A stretch of DNA of 62,637 nucleotides, counting the filler. It is 10 parts of 10 records of this genome, joined end to end, with 100 filler letters (N's around TTAATTAATTAA, not from the genome) between each part and the next. Parts side by side here need not be neighbours in the genome. Positions count along the whole stretch, not along the records: positions 4,559 to 15,523 come from SRR15195285_1764; positions 15,624 to 20,436 come from SRR15195285_1769; positions 20,537 to 29,133 come from SRR15195285_1770; 7 more parts are not named here. One strand, 5' to 3'. Positions 11,405 through 23,800 of the stretch are shown piece after piece. Position 1 is the first letter of the stretch. Each line of letters starts with the position of its first letter. Below the pieces are notes generated by a model. That model had not been told where the DNA came from and ran no database searches. It was given only the letters and a program-made list of their open reading frames with translations. Position numbers and translations under genes: made by a program.

Positions 11405-12586
11405 ATGCTCCGCGCCGTCGCCACCCTGTCCACGCTGCTCGCGGTCGATGCGGTCCCGGAGACGAAGGCCGGCAAGGTCCAGGTCTACATCATGATGTAA
11501 GCTTGCGGACCATGTGTAGATGCGTGGCGCGAACGCGCGTGGTGCAGGATGCCACGGCGAGTTGTCTCTCTCTCTAGTAGATCACCTGTGCCCACCCGCC
11601 GATGACTAATCCCGAGAATCTGTGGTATGTGCGTGCTCAGGGGCCAGTCCAACATGCTCGGCGAAGGCAAGATCGCCGGCACCCAAAACACCTCCCTCAC
11701 GTCGCTTGTCCAGGCGGGCGAGTACCCATACCTATGGGACAAAACGACCAAGAACTGGACCACGAGCAAGAACATCCGGAACGTCTTCGTGATGGGCAGC
11801 GGCGGTCCCGGCAAGACCACCGTGGCGACTAACAGCTTCATGAACGGCGGCGTGGGCCACCGCGGCTCCATCGGTCCGGAGCTTGGCATCGGCGGGATGC
11901 TCGAGAAAAAGGACCCCACCACGCCGGTGATGCTGCTGAAGAGCTGCATCGGCAACCGCGCCCTCGGCTGGGATCTGCTCCCGCCTACCCAGAAGTCTTT
12001 CGACTGGACCGACCCTAAGAACAGCTCTCTCGTCTGGACGTACGCCGGCTATCACCAGTCTCCCAACCGATGGGAGAAGGGCACCACGCCCAAGCCCATC
12101 GCCTGGGTGGCTGGCATCCAGTACGACGGCGACACCTCGCGTGCGGACGGCGTTCTCAAGGATCTTCAGACGTACTACCCCGGCGCCACCGACTACGAGG
12201 TCGCTGGCTTTTTCTGGTGGCAAGGTGACCGCGACAGCCGAGACCCGGCCCTGACTGAGCACTACGAATCGAACCTGGTCGCTTTGATCAAGGCTCTGCG
12301 CGTTCGCTACAAAGCGCCGAATGCCCCGTTTGTCGCCGCTTCACTCGGTCAGTCGACCCTGGACCCAACCTGCGTGGGCAACTGCGGTGGTGGCATCCTG
12401 AAGGCCGAGGAAAACGTCGCCGACGCTACTAAGTATCCGGAGTTCAAGGGCAATTACGCATTTGTGGACTCGCACAAGTTCACCCAGCCAGGTGGTAGCT
12501 CAGGTGGGCACTACGGCCACAACTGCAAGACCTACATGGACGTCGGACAGGCGATGGGGGAGGCCATGGTCGGCCTCATGAAGTAA
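11405..12586 (+). CDS. Secreted SGNH-type carbohydrate esterase (SASA/DUF303, CE6-like), 2 exons
   Basis: Signal peptide; spliced VQVYIMMGQSNM; GPELGIG; GFFWWQGDRD; C-terminal GGHY; intron about 11497-11640. Confidence 0.85.
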
Positions 12587-12841
12587 AGAGCGCCCGTTAG
12601 CGCCGTCCAGTCTGGATCAGCCTCCTAAGCGAAAGAGGAGGGTAGTAGTGTTGGCAAGGGCCCGGCCATATGCTCGATGTGATCCCAGATATCGTACTCA
12701 TGGAATGTAAAATAATGCTCGAGCCTGATCGGAATCTATCCACAATTCCTGTCCTTCCGGCTGATGTATAGTAGCAAGGTACGTAGTGAACTTCGGCGCG
12801 AACAAACTGAAGATGATCACCAGGAATCACAAACGCGTCAT

Positions 12842-14631
12842 TTAGTCGTCATCCACGTGTTTCGTATAGTGACGATTGTCTCTGCTCATGTTCCACGCGA
12901 CTGTCTCAGCCAACCAATCGCGCATTGGCGTCGGCACCCAGCCATGCGGACCGAGCAGTCGCAGCGCCTTGTCAATCGAGATTGGACCGACATCTACAGA
13001 TGGAAGTATCAGCTGGGCAACAGCGCAACGTGTGAGTAGTGGACAACTCCGTCCAACTTCAATTCAACACGAGGACGCTGCAGTCGAGAGCTTGTTTTCC
13101 GATACTTGCAGTGCGTGGGTTTAGACTGATAAGAGTAGCAGACAGCCTGGCCATTCGCACCTCATCCTCAGCGTCCAGCTCGACAACGTAAGGCTTTTGC
13201 TGCGAGGCGGCACCATCAACCTTGCCCTCCCCAGCTGGCCCCGCCGATCCCGATATGGGAAGCTCATTCAACGCAGCTGCTACCGCTTCGTAGTATTCTA
13301 GAATTGTGGGTGCCTCTGCCTGCGCAATATGCAGCGCCTCTCCATATACAGTCGCCCCCTAGGCACACCAAGCGTCTCTCAGTCCAGTTCATCCAGCACT
13401 ATCATTAGAACACCGCATGGTTTGGAAGGCACACCGCAGCCAGCGTGCTCATGACCGCGCTCACTACGTCCCTTGCCGCAACAAGCGATATCCGGTGCGA
13501 TGAGATATCCTTGATGTGATCTTCGCTGCCGTCGGATGGGAGCGCCCTGTACTTTACAAGGCGCTGCTGCACTTTCATATGCGACCCAAGGTTGTCGTAC
13601 CTAAGTGTGCCACAGACTCGTTTAGGCCTATGAATAAACATATCGTGTGTGTCTAGCAGTACAATACCAGGGTAGCTAGACCCTACGATTTTGTTTGCAA
13701 AATGATGTGCAACGCACGGGCCCATCACATCTGGCAGGCGCAGTGCCGTGTATGGAAATCCAGTCTTGACGTGCCAGCTCGCCAGCTCTTCCTCACAGCC
13801 TAGCTTGTTTCCTCCGTAGCCGTACTGATACTTGTTCCAGCGTCGCAAGGCGGAGCGCTGTTCCTTATTCTCTGGCATCACTGCGTCTGTCTCGATCAAC
13901 CGCTCGACCAAATCGTCCACCTCGCTCACACCGCCGGCGCGCATTCCCGATCCCACTCGCAAAGATGGGAACGGTCGCTTTGCACCCATGTACACCGAAT
14001 CGGTCGAGATGAAAATGTAGTGGTCGACATTTCGAATGACCTCGGACTCTGAGACTGTATGGAGCGCCTTTATCGTGTCGCGAATGTAGTCGCGGTGAAA
14101 GCCCGTGAAGTCAATCACTGCGTGAAACGGAGCTTCGGCTGCAGCAGCTGAGATAAGAGCAATGAAGCGCTCGCGATCCTCCATCCGGTCGCACAGCAGC
14201 AGTCGAACACGATCATCCTCAGCTGTCGAACAGAAAAAGGCAAGTACTGTCATTAATGCATTGTCATCAAAAGCGCAGCAGGTTGGTGCAGTAAGCTGGA
14301 AGGGTGGGCAGGCGTCGAACTGGAGCTGCAATATATCCGAGCGAGCTAGGGTCGCGTTGAATTCAACAACGAAGGAATGTTCACCGAACGGGTTGGCGGT
14401 CACGCCACGGTTGCTCGTCGTCACCCGGTGTCCGCTGGCCAATAACCGTTCTACCATCAGCCGCCCCATGAACTGCGTGCCTCCCAGCACCAACACGTTC
14501 ATGGCCGGGCCCTGCACCTCTCGGGCAGCAGCTGCAGAGGCAGCTCCAGCAGCGGTAGCAGCGAAAGCACTGTTGGCACCTGGGCAGCTGCTGGCACCGT
14601 CAACGGCGGTCTCGCCGGGCGCAGCTTCCAT
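12842..14631 (-). CDS. Atypical SDR / NAD-dependent epimerase-dehydratase family protein, multi-exon
   Basis: VLVLGGTQFMG..SNRG, YIFISTDSVY, YGGNKLGCE, LRLPDVMGP; last exon ...GWVPTPMRDWLAETVAW...DDD* ends at 12842. Confidence 0.8.
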
Positions 14632-14893
14632 CTGGTGTATATGAATAGTGATCAAGGGCGCTGGAATCGTGGCAACAGTCACTTGCGCGCGCTGCTCCGA
14701 CAGCAGCTCATCCGTAGATCTCGAGTCCGATCCGTCGCGCTGAACGCGAATCGAACGTCGACGTCGTCCGGTGGCGCGCGCGGGGGCGGCCGCGGAGGAT
14801 CCGCGACGGCGCGCGCGCGCGCGCGCACACGCATACAGCATATGCCCATATGCGCATCAGTAGCGCCACCACGCATGCGTGCGTGCGATCACA

Positions 14894-15523
14894 ATGTGCC
14901 AGAGGTACTTCTCCCTCCATCCGCTGCTGCTGCTGTTGCTGCTGGTCTGCTCAGTGCAGGTCAGTACACCGTCGAGTGGCCATAGCTCTGCCAAACAATT
15001 GACAGGGGCGGTGGCTCCTACAAATGATACCGAAGGGAGCGTACTCCCACGGCCGCCGAGTAGCGCGCGCAGCAACTCCAACTGGCGCAGCGCCTATCGT
15101 AAACGAAGCCGCCGACATCTCCGATACATGTCCGTATATGACTGGGAAGGTGGACTCACGGCGAGCATGAAAGGGTGGATCAATCTTGCGAAAGGACCTG
15201 TGGATATGCGAAATGCCAGCAACCCAAAACCTTCAGTCGGGCAGCAGATCGAAGCGACGCTTCACGCTCACCATGAGCTTGGCGTACCAGTACTGTGGGG
15301 CTTGCCTTCAGGCATCATCACGCCTAGAAGTACATCGCTGCCACGTGGCTGGAATGAGAAATTGGAGGAGCTGCACTCAACCCTATCGCCGCTGGTTCAG
15401 ACTGGAGTCATTGGTGGGTTTTTCAGTGGCGATGAGCAGTGCGCGAACGGGACTTGCATCGAACTCCAGCTGGGCCTGGTAGCCAAGCGCCTGCACGAAC
15501 TCTTCGATCCGGATGGTGCTGTG
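14894..15523 (+). CDS. Secreted protein of unknown function, 3'-truncated by gap (possible glycoside-hydrolase-like barrel)
   Basis: Poly-Leu signal peptide; open to contig end; GVIGGFFSGDE resembles a GH-type strand followed by an acid motif, but weakly. Confidence 0.5.
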
Positions 15524-15976
15524 NNNNNNNNNNNNNNNNNNNNNNNNNNNNNNNNNNNNNNNNNNNNTTAATTAATTAANNNNNNNNNNNNNNNNNNNNN
15601 NNNNNNNNNNNNNNNNNNNNNNNCCGGCAGAGGAGCCGTAGTCTGTCGGTATACGAGCCAGCGCATGGGAGTCGAGGTACAAGAGATCGTATAGTGTAGA
15701 AGCTAGGAGCGGGAGCACTGTGTCGTTGTAGTACCTAGCATGAGCTAGTATTGCCTGTCGCCATGGGGCAGTCTGTCGGTGTATGAACCAGCATGGGAGC
15801 TTAGTCTAGCCAGGATAGCTCGTACATGAATATTATAGGAGCCACCCACGGTTAGACATCTCGCAGTCTTTCCCACCCACCGTGCGTTGCTACTCTGGAG
15901 TAGACATCCATGATGATGATGAGGTGTGGTGTGCCTCACAGGATGAGCGGGCGGCGTGGGAGTGACGGGGGGGCAG

Positions 15977-18497
15977 ATGGGCTCGGCGGCAGAGAGTCAG
16001 CACATTGCAAGGGTAAGGGCGTCGCGCTCGGCGAGCAGTCTCGGTCTGGAGTCACTGTATCAGCCCGCGAAGGAGAAGCTGCTCAGCTCGACCGCGCTGT
16101 ACGGCGGCAGCTCGCTCGGTGCCAGCGCGTCCGCGGCCGAACTGGGTGGGTTCGGCTTCGACGGCAACGCGTCCAGGAGCAGGCCCAACAGCAAGAGCGC
16201 GCGACTGGCAGCACGCCGACGAGGCGCGGCACCGAGCAGCGCGGGGCCTTCCAAGAATTCTCGTGTGGTCAATGCGGTGCAGGGGCTGGACCAGGCGAGC
16301 AAGCAGGCATTGCTTGACGTCATCAAGATGGAGCGCCAGAACCGCACGGTACAGCAGCAGAAGGAGGAGCTGGTTGATCGCATGCACGGCGAGGCGTCCC
16401 GCAACGCCACCGCAGTGGAGGAAGAACAACGGATCTTCGACGCAATCGCCATGCTAGAATCAACTGAGCTAGAACATCAAGCCCAGGGGGGCGGCCAGGT
16501 CTTGCAGTTCTGCGCAACGGCGGCGGAGCCTTGTCCAGCGATGATCATGCGCGCCTGCGCTGTCTACGGGAAGCTGCATCAGTCCTACAGCGGGGCCGGC
16601 GAGGACCGGGCTACAGCAATGAAATCGGAGCGAGAAAAGTGGGAGGGTAAAATGGCTGCGGTCGAACGTCGCCACAAAGAGGCGTTGAGCAAGCTGGGCG
16701 CCACGATAGGTTCGGACATGAAAGATATGAAAAGACAGCTTGAGGCTGTCACTGCAGAGCGCGATGCGGCACTGACAACAGTGCAAGAGCTGTCAGCCAA
16801 GCATGCTGCTGATGCAAAAAAGCTAGAGCGCGTGTCGGCAAAGCTCGCCACCCTTCAGGAGTCTACTGAGATCCCTTCTGCGGCGGCGCCAGCTCCGATG
16901 CCATCGGAGTCCAACGAATCGTCTCCAGCAGCTGAGGAAGCTGCGAAGGAGATCACTCTACTGAAGTCTGCGGTAATGGCATCAGACAAAGAAATGAAGG
17001 AGATGAAGACGCGGCTGAAAAAGATGCTGGGGCGAAGCAAGAAGGACCAGGCTACCAATGGTGAGCTTACTGAGGCGTTGGAGCATGCACGTGCTCAACT
17101 TGCCGCGCAGATGGAAGAGAACGAACGCCTCAAGAGCGCACTGCCGCAGCCGACCCAGGATTACCTGCCTGCAGAACCCGAGCCAGCACAGGAGGACCTA
17201 TCCGGGTTTGCAGGAAAGTTGAAGGACCTAGAGATCGCAGCAACACGTGGGCAGGCCCCATCGCTCAACATCGACCGCGGCACTGCTGAAGCGGATATGA
17301 GCATGCTGCCAGAGGGTACCGTTACCATGGAGATCAATGTCGACGAGGCGGATCAGCATCATGGCAGCCCGTCTGCAGGAGACAGCGTGTTTGGAGGGCT
17401 TGGCATGGGCGACATTGAAGTTGCGGAAGATGATGAGAATGGAATATTTGGCGCTGAGGCATCACCAATCGCATCGACGGAGATGACATCTTTAGCAGGA
17501 GAGAAATCTTTCTTCGAAGACAGGGACGGCACGGGGCTAGACACAGCTATTATAGTCACCGAAGGTGGCGCTGATGCGTTGACCGAAGAGAGCTTGCGCC
17601 GGGAGGTGGAGCAGCTGCGGATGCGAAATGCAGAGCTAGAGGCTGCGCTGGATAAGGCACTTGACAGTGGCTCAGATTCAGAGGATGACGTTCCGCTGAG
17701 CTGCGCCAAGAAGCCAATTAGCCGCACTGCTATGGCGCCGCTTCCAAGACCCAACAACGTTCCCGCACTGGTACGCCCACCATTTGTGCATCACTCACTT
17801 GGACCTGCTGCCTGCCCCCGTGCTCACTCGGGCCTGCCGGTGATGCTGATATTTCTGGCTATTTCTTGTACCGCGCAGGACTTCAGCAACTTGGAACAGA
17901 AGCTTAAGGAGATGGAAGCAGCAGAGGCTGAGGCCGAGGCCGCTGAGAAGGCTGCCAACGGCGAATCGACGGTTCTCGAAGAGGTATCATCTCCCCTGCT
18001 TGCATGTGATATTCTGTGAAGGAGTTATTCGAATCGTTCTCACACATCTATCTATCGGGCTTCTGCAGGTAATCGATCCAGACTATGTACCGACTGACAA
18101 GGACATCGTGGAGTACGCAGCGTTCCTGCAGCTGGATCTCGACAAGGAGCCAGAGCTTGCATGGATTGCCCAGAAGGTACAAAACTGTTCGTTTGCTACT
18201 GCTTTACAGAAGAGCTTCTACTAGTTCAGTTTTGTTCAGCGCACGCTCTGCGCAAATGGACTTACCGTGGTAGATTTTCTGCGTTCTGTTTGCTGCTGGT
18301 TCACATTACAGGGGCTCGTTACTCCACTGCCAGAGGGTTGGAAGCCTTGCGCAGCGCCGAGTGGGGAATTGTACTACTTCAATTTCGACACTGGTGAGAG
18401 CGTGTGGGAGCATCCAGGCGATGAGTACTACCGCAACTTGGTGGACGTCGAGCGAGCGAAGTTGCGCGCAGGCGGTGACCGTCCTGGTAGTGCCTGA
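15977..18497 (+). CDS. Coiled-coil protein with C-terminal CEP164-type helical + WW module, 4 exons
   Basis: Long heptad regions; introns 17771-17878, about 17984-18068 and about 18177-18311; spliced LEEVIDPDYVPTDKDIVEYAAFLQLDLDKEPELAWIAQKGLVTPLPEGWKPC..GELYYFNFDTGESVWEHPGDEYYR. Confidence 0.8.
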
Positions 18498-18922
18498 ATT
18501 CAGCAGGGTTAGCGATAGAGCTACGCAGTAGGACGAGTGATAGATACTCGTCAAAGCACTGCTATAATTATGGAACTTGCGACTGGGTATTGACAACCAT
18601 AGTGCCGGACACAGGCAAGCCAGCGTGCACCCAGAGCTGACTATCTTTCATCTGCGTAGAGCAGGTTTACCAAATTTGTGCAGCGCAACCGACTTGAGGC
18701 AGCAGCACAGACAGCAGCTGCGACAGTTGTGAACATAATGCTCCCGACGCTCGATAATGAAATGATTGTACAACGATAACCACGAGCTATGATTGTTGAC
18801 CATGCGACCACTGACATTGACGCTTCCACCCAGTTCGTCGTGTCCAAACGAGTTCTGTTGCATCCGTGCACCGTACCAAGATAGTGGATGGCGGTTGCTA
18901 TGCATACTGTAGCATGGATTTG

Positions 18923-20266
18923 CTAAGCAAGTGCCTCCGCCACAGCTTCCTCAAAGATCTGCAGAGCAGTGTCGATCTCCTCCTCAGTCACCACCAGAGC
19001 TGGGATGAAGCGAACAGATTGTCGTGTTCCCATCGTGAGCAGCAGCATGCCACGTGACAAACTGGCTTTCGAGACGCGGCCAGCAATCCCACTGTACTCG
19101 CCGGCATAAGGCTCAGCATTCATGGCCGGGTCAAACTCCACACCCACCATCAACCCGCGCCCCCGGATATCGCCGATCACACCTGGGTACTTGTTTGAGA
19201 TGGCGTGGAGCCCGGCACGCAGCTGCTCGCCGCGCGCGGCGCAATTTTCGATGAGACCCTCTTCCTTGATCACACGCAGCGTTGCGAGCGCAGCGGCGCA
19301 GGCCACGGCATTCCCGCCGTATGTCCCGCCGAATGAGTTTGGAGAGTCGAGCTGGTGCGCCGCGTGCTCACCCGTCGTGAGGACAGCGGAGATCGGGTAG
19401 CCGGAACCCATTCCCTTGGCGGTAACGATGACATCTGGAGCGATGCCTTCCTCCCAATCTAGCCCCCAGACCTTGCCCGTGCGGCCCATTCCCGACTGCA
19501 CCTCGTCGGCGATAAAGAGGATGCCGTGCTCATCGCAGAATTTGCGGAGGCTCGCCAGGTAGCCAGCTGGTGGTACAACGTAGCCGCCCTCTCCTTGTAC
19601 TGGCTCGATGATCAGTGCAGCAACCTCTGTCGGGCTAACGCTACCCGCCATCAGTTGGTCCAGCCCAGCCAACGCAGCCTCTTTGGTGATACCTGCGTAC
19701 TCGTATGGGTACGGGGCCATGACGATGCCGCCTGGCATCGGCCCCGGCTGCTTGCCTCGGTAACTCGTGCCGGAGCTCGTCATGGCCAATGTCTGCTGTG
19801 TCCGGCCGTGGTAGCCGCCCATGAAACAGATCACATTGTTGCGGCCAGTGGCTAAGCGCGCCACGCGGAGGGCATTTTCCACCGCCTCTGCGCCAGAGTT
19901 CGCATAGAAGACGCTGTCCATCCCTGGCGCCAGTGCGAGCAGCTCGTCCGCCAGCTCGAGCCCGATGCTGGAGTAGAAACACGACTGCTGCGTATGCGTT
20001 ATCTTCGCCGCCTGCTCTTGTACAGCTGCCACAACCTTCGGGTGGCAGTGGCCGGTTGAAAGCACACCGATGCCCGAGGTCATGTCCAGGAACGATGCGC
20101 CCTCGGCCGTCCAGACAGTCGACCCCTCGCCGCGCTCCACCACCAGCTCCGACATGCGCTTGATCCCGGGAAACATCCGCGCCTCAGCTGCAGCGCTGCT
20201 CCCAAACGCTCGAGCCGCCGTCGTGCAGGGCACCGAGCGGGCCGCCAGAAGGCGCCTGCTGAGCAT
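18923..20266 (-). CDS. Class III PLP aminotransferase (GabT/4-aminobutyrate aminotransferase-like) with mitochondrial presequence, intronless
   Basis: MLSRRLLAARS presequence; FLDMTSGIGV, NSGAEAVENA, GGYHGRT, IEPVQGEGG, FIADEVQSGMGRTG, TAKGMGSGYP (PLP Lys), GGTYGGN. Confidence 0.9.
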   Translation of the reverse strand: MLSRRLLAARSVPCTTAARAFGSSAAAEARMFPGIKRMSELVVERGEGSTVWTAEGASFLDMTSGIGVLSTGHCHPKVVAAVQEQAAKITHTQQSCFYSSIGLELADELLALAPGMDSVFYANSGAEAVENALRVARLATGRNNVICFMGGYHGRTQQTLAMTSSGTSYRGKQPGPMPGGIVMAPYPYEYAGITKEAALAGLDQLMAGSVSPTEVAALIIEPVQGEGGYVVPPAGYLASLRKFCDEHGILFIADEVQSGMGRTGKVWGLDWEEGIAPDVIVTAKGMGSGYPISAVLTTGEHAAHQLDSPNSFGGTYGGNAVACAAALATLRVIKEEGLIENCAARGEQLRAGLHAISNKYPGVIGDIRGRGLMVGVEFDPAMNAEPYAGEYSGIAGRVSKASLSRGMLLLTMGTRQSVRFIPALVVTEEEIDTALQIFEEAVAEALA

Positions 20267-20853
20267 CGCTGATCCGTCCGCTGCGGGGGTGTCGCGCGGT
20301 GATGCCGCGGGCGCCGGCCGTATCCTAGATACAGCTGTTACGTTCCCGAGATCCCGACCACTGCTGCAGTACAAGAGTACATTCGGGTACTCGGTAGGAC
20401 TGACCAAGGGATGGATGAGAAAATTTTGCTCAGAACNNNNNNNNNNNNNNNNNNNNNNNNNNNNNNNNNNNNNNNNNNNNTTAATTAATTAANNNNNNNN
20501 NNNNNNNNNNNNNNNNNNNNNNNNNNNNNNNNNNNNTCCATTTCTTATCCTTGTCCCCCCTGTGTAGGATTCCTACACACTCAGTTCTGCTTTTGAAATT
20601 CTGTGAAATCTCCAGAATCAGAACTCCGAATCACGCCGAATCGAAAACCCGAGAGGTTCGGCAGGCTCGCCGGCCGAGCGAATATTAGTCCGCGGCGTTG
20701 GTCACTCGGAGGGACCTCTACAATCTCGTAATCATTTATGGCAGGTGGCTAGCAATTAATTATACAAATTGCCGCGAATAATATGAGTATATCTCTACGG
20801 TAGAGTGCGGATCCGCGGAACGCTCCTCCACGCAGCGTGTGCGGAAGGCGTTG

Positions 20854-23800
20854 ATGAGTGCCGTGCAGCCCTCGTCGAGATCCTTCGGCCGGCTGCCGTC
20901 CAATAGCGGCTTTCTGGAGAAGCTCAGCGGCGGCGGCTTGGTGGAGGGCGCGAAGTGGCAGCGGAGGTATGTATTGAAATGCTTCTTCTTGTCGTCGCAT
21001 TGGCAGCCATTTGCGCAGTGTTTGCGCAGTCATTTTTGCAGTGGTTCGGAAGAGAGAGCTTCGGCGGTCAGCGAGGCGGACCGCTCGCAAGAAGCCCGAT
21101 TGATCTTGGGCGCCATGTCATCTTGCAGCCGTTTGACGCAGAGAGTGGCTTTTGGTCGGAGCAGGTGGTTCGCGTTGAACGATGGGGTCCTCGCGTGGGC
21201 GAAGAAGGCCACGAAGATCGGGAAATACCCCGACGCGAGCTTTTCACTGTGCGATCGCATGCCGGCTCCTAGACCCAGCCGCTGCGTTGCCACATTGCTG
21301 GCGTGGTGTTGGCGCGTCTGGAGTTTGCACTGACCCGCACGCTGTGCCTGTGCGACCTCGGTGTTGGCCGATTGTCGCTCGCAGAGAGGGGGCGCGTGTC
21401 GAGTACAACGAGGGGTCGTGTGACGTCGTGCTCGAACCCGCTGCAGGCGTGGCGGCGGCCAGTGCCAAGGTCCGCGCACGCTACGAACTGCGGGCTCTGA
21501 ACCCAGAGGACGCCCTTAGGTGGTACGACCAGCTCGACCGCACCGTGCAGCAGCTGGTTCTCCGCAGTGCTGTGATCGACAAGACCGCGGGAGAAAGCAG
21601 CTTGACCGTGGCAGCAAGTGGCGACGTTGGTTCGCCCGAGACCACGGCGTCGAGCGGTGCGCGCGAGGCAGCCGGCACCCTGATAGTGAAAGCGCAGGGA
21701 TCGCAACACTGGCGCGTCACGTTCGGGTACGCATTTGAGGGTGCACTGCGGCTGTACGCAGCCGAGGGTGACTGCCCGCACGACACCAGCGGCGCGTTGG
21801 TCGACGTTGCAGCCGATGCGCAACAGCCTGACCTCAAGACCTGTCTGGAGCGGTTGGACACACTTGCCAGCGCCACAAAAAGTACAATATGCGCCAATGT
21901 TTCGGCGGATGACATTCGCGAGTTTGCTGACGACGAGGAGTACTGGAGCCAGTTGGGGCAGACTTTGAGCGATCTGATTTCGTCAGAGCAATGGCAGCTG
22001 TTCTGCTCAGCGCTCCCAACACTGTTGGATTCTCCCGAAGAAGCAGACCCCCCACGCCATTCTAGGAGTCGGAGGAGAATCGTGGACTTCCCGCTAGCTG
22101 TCGTCGACCTGTCGATCCTGGACAGTGACGACAGTATTCACCTGACCGAGGCAGAGGCAGATGATGTTGCACATATCACCATCAAGTCAGAAGGAAGAGC
22201 ACTTCGGGTGCGCGGTGAGTCGCTTGCGGCAACGACTGTATGGCACACGAGGCTTCAAGGGATATGGCACGATGCGGCTGGCAACTTGTTAGCCCTGCAG
22301 AGATTGCCAAATTCTGTTCTGATTTCTGGATTCGACAGCGCCGGCGCAGGCGACCCCGCGCTCGGACGCTCGCGGACTACAGTGGAGAGCGACAGGAGCA
22401 GGACTGTCGAAGAGATTTTCGAGCGCAGAATCGGCCCTGTTGTTGGTGGTAAGGAGTGGGTTGGCAGTAAGAAGGCGGTGGAGTGGCCCAAACACATCGC
22501 TGATCATGTGCAACCTGTTATCGAGCAGGCGGAGCATCTGCTGGATGAGATGGCGCTGGGATTAGTACAGGCAGCATCTCGACAAGACGTTGCAGACTGG
22601 TGGGTCACCACATTTTACAGTAGATTCATGGATATGCTGCGCGGATTTAGTACACGCACGCCACCTGTGTCTGGCGACATACAGGCATATGACACCAACG
22701 ATGCAATCGCCATCATTCACTGGTGCAAGCAGTTCCGCGAGCGCTGTGATGCAATTGGCATCGACCCAGATGTGTTTGAGACAGATCCGACCGAGCATGG
22801 GGTATACCAGGCACTGTCGAATGCGCATATGCCGTCGTATCGAGGACAGCTGCACAAGAAAAACGCGAGCTTGGGGTGGAGCAAACGCTATTACGCCCTT
22901 GGCGACGGCTGCTTGCGGTACTTCTCGTCGGAACTGATGGAGCAAGAGCATGGCTGCATTCCAGGCGAAATGATTACTTTTGCACAGATAGACACATCGG
23001 ATAAGTCAGGACGCACGTTTTCGATCACAGGGGCTGGCAAACTCACAGAACTTTATGCTGCCTCGAGCGACGAGGCCCTCGTTTGGGTCGAGCGTATCAA
23101 CAAAGCGAGAGACGCCGCGGCTGCGATGGAAAGGATGGCTGCAGCACGCACATGTTTTGAGGTCGAGGTGTTTGACGGCCACAGAGAGGTCGGCGTAGCT
23201 AAAGTGCACAAGGACTGCAACGAGATGTTTGATGCAGCACTGCGTGATGTGGGTGGCGCAAACAATTCTTCTTCGATGATGAGATTCACGGAAGCCGCTG
23301 ATTTGCTGGTCGATCAGCTTGAGGTCCGTGTCCAACGCATACCGGATGATCGCCCAGACGTGACAGAATTTTTTGTGGGGCAATATCACACGTACATATC
23401 GAAGCATATGCTTGCACTTGTAGCTCCTGAGCTCAGTGAGTGGAAAGCACGAGACGTGTGCCACTTTCTGTTCTGGGCACGACGATACGACAAAGCAATC
23501 GGCATGCTGCACAGTGGGCCAATGGAGCAGCCCCTGGCTGCTGCTACGCAATGGGATGACGTGCTCCCAGGATTTACATCACACCAGTTGCCGAAGTACA
23601 CGGGTTGGATACAGCAACAGTACAAGTCGGATCGCTCCTGGAACAGAGTATGGTTGATAATCGAGGATTCAGTTGCTCGTTGGTACAGCGATGAAGGCGC
23701 CCATCACATCCTTGGTACGATGGTACTGCCTGAAGATGCGGACGTCAACAAGTACACAGAGGACAACGAGCTGTATCAGCTAACTGTCCGGACGACGAAG

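Noticed and set aside
4597-12586. Metabolic gene cluster (rhmD, carrier, enoyl-CoA isomerase, esterase)
   Set aside because: The functions do not form one pathway and no other rhamnose-catabolism genes are adjacent
15641-15799. Two diverged copies of gtctgtcggt..gcatgggag about 130 nt apart, CRISPR-like at first glance
   Set aside because: Only two imperfect copies, no cas genes, eukaryotic context; probably a degenerate minisatellite
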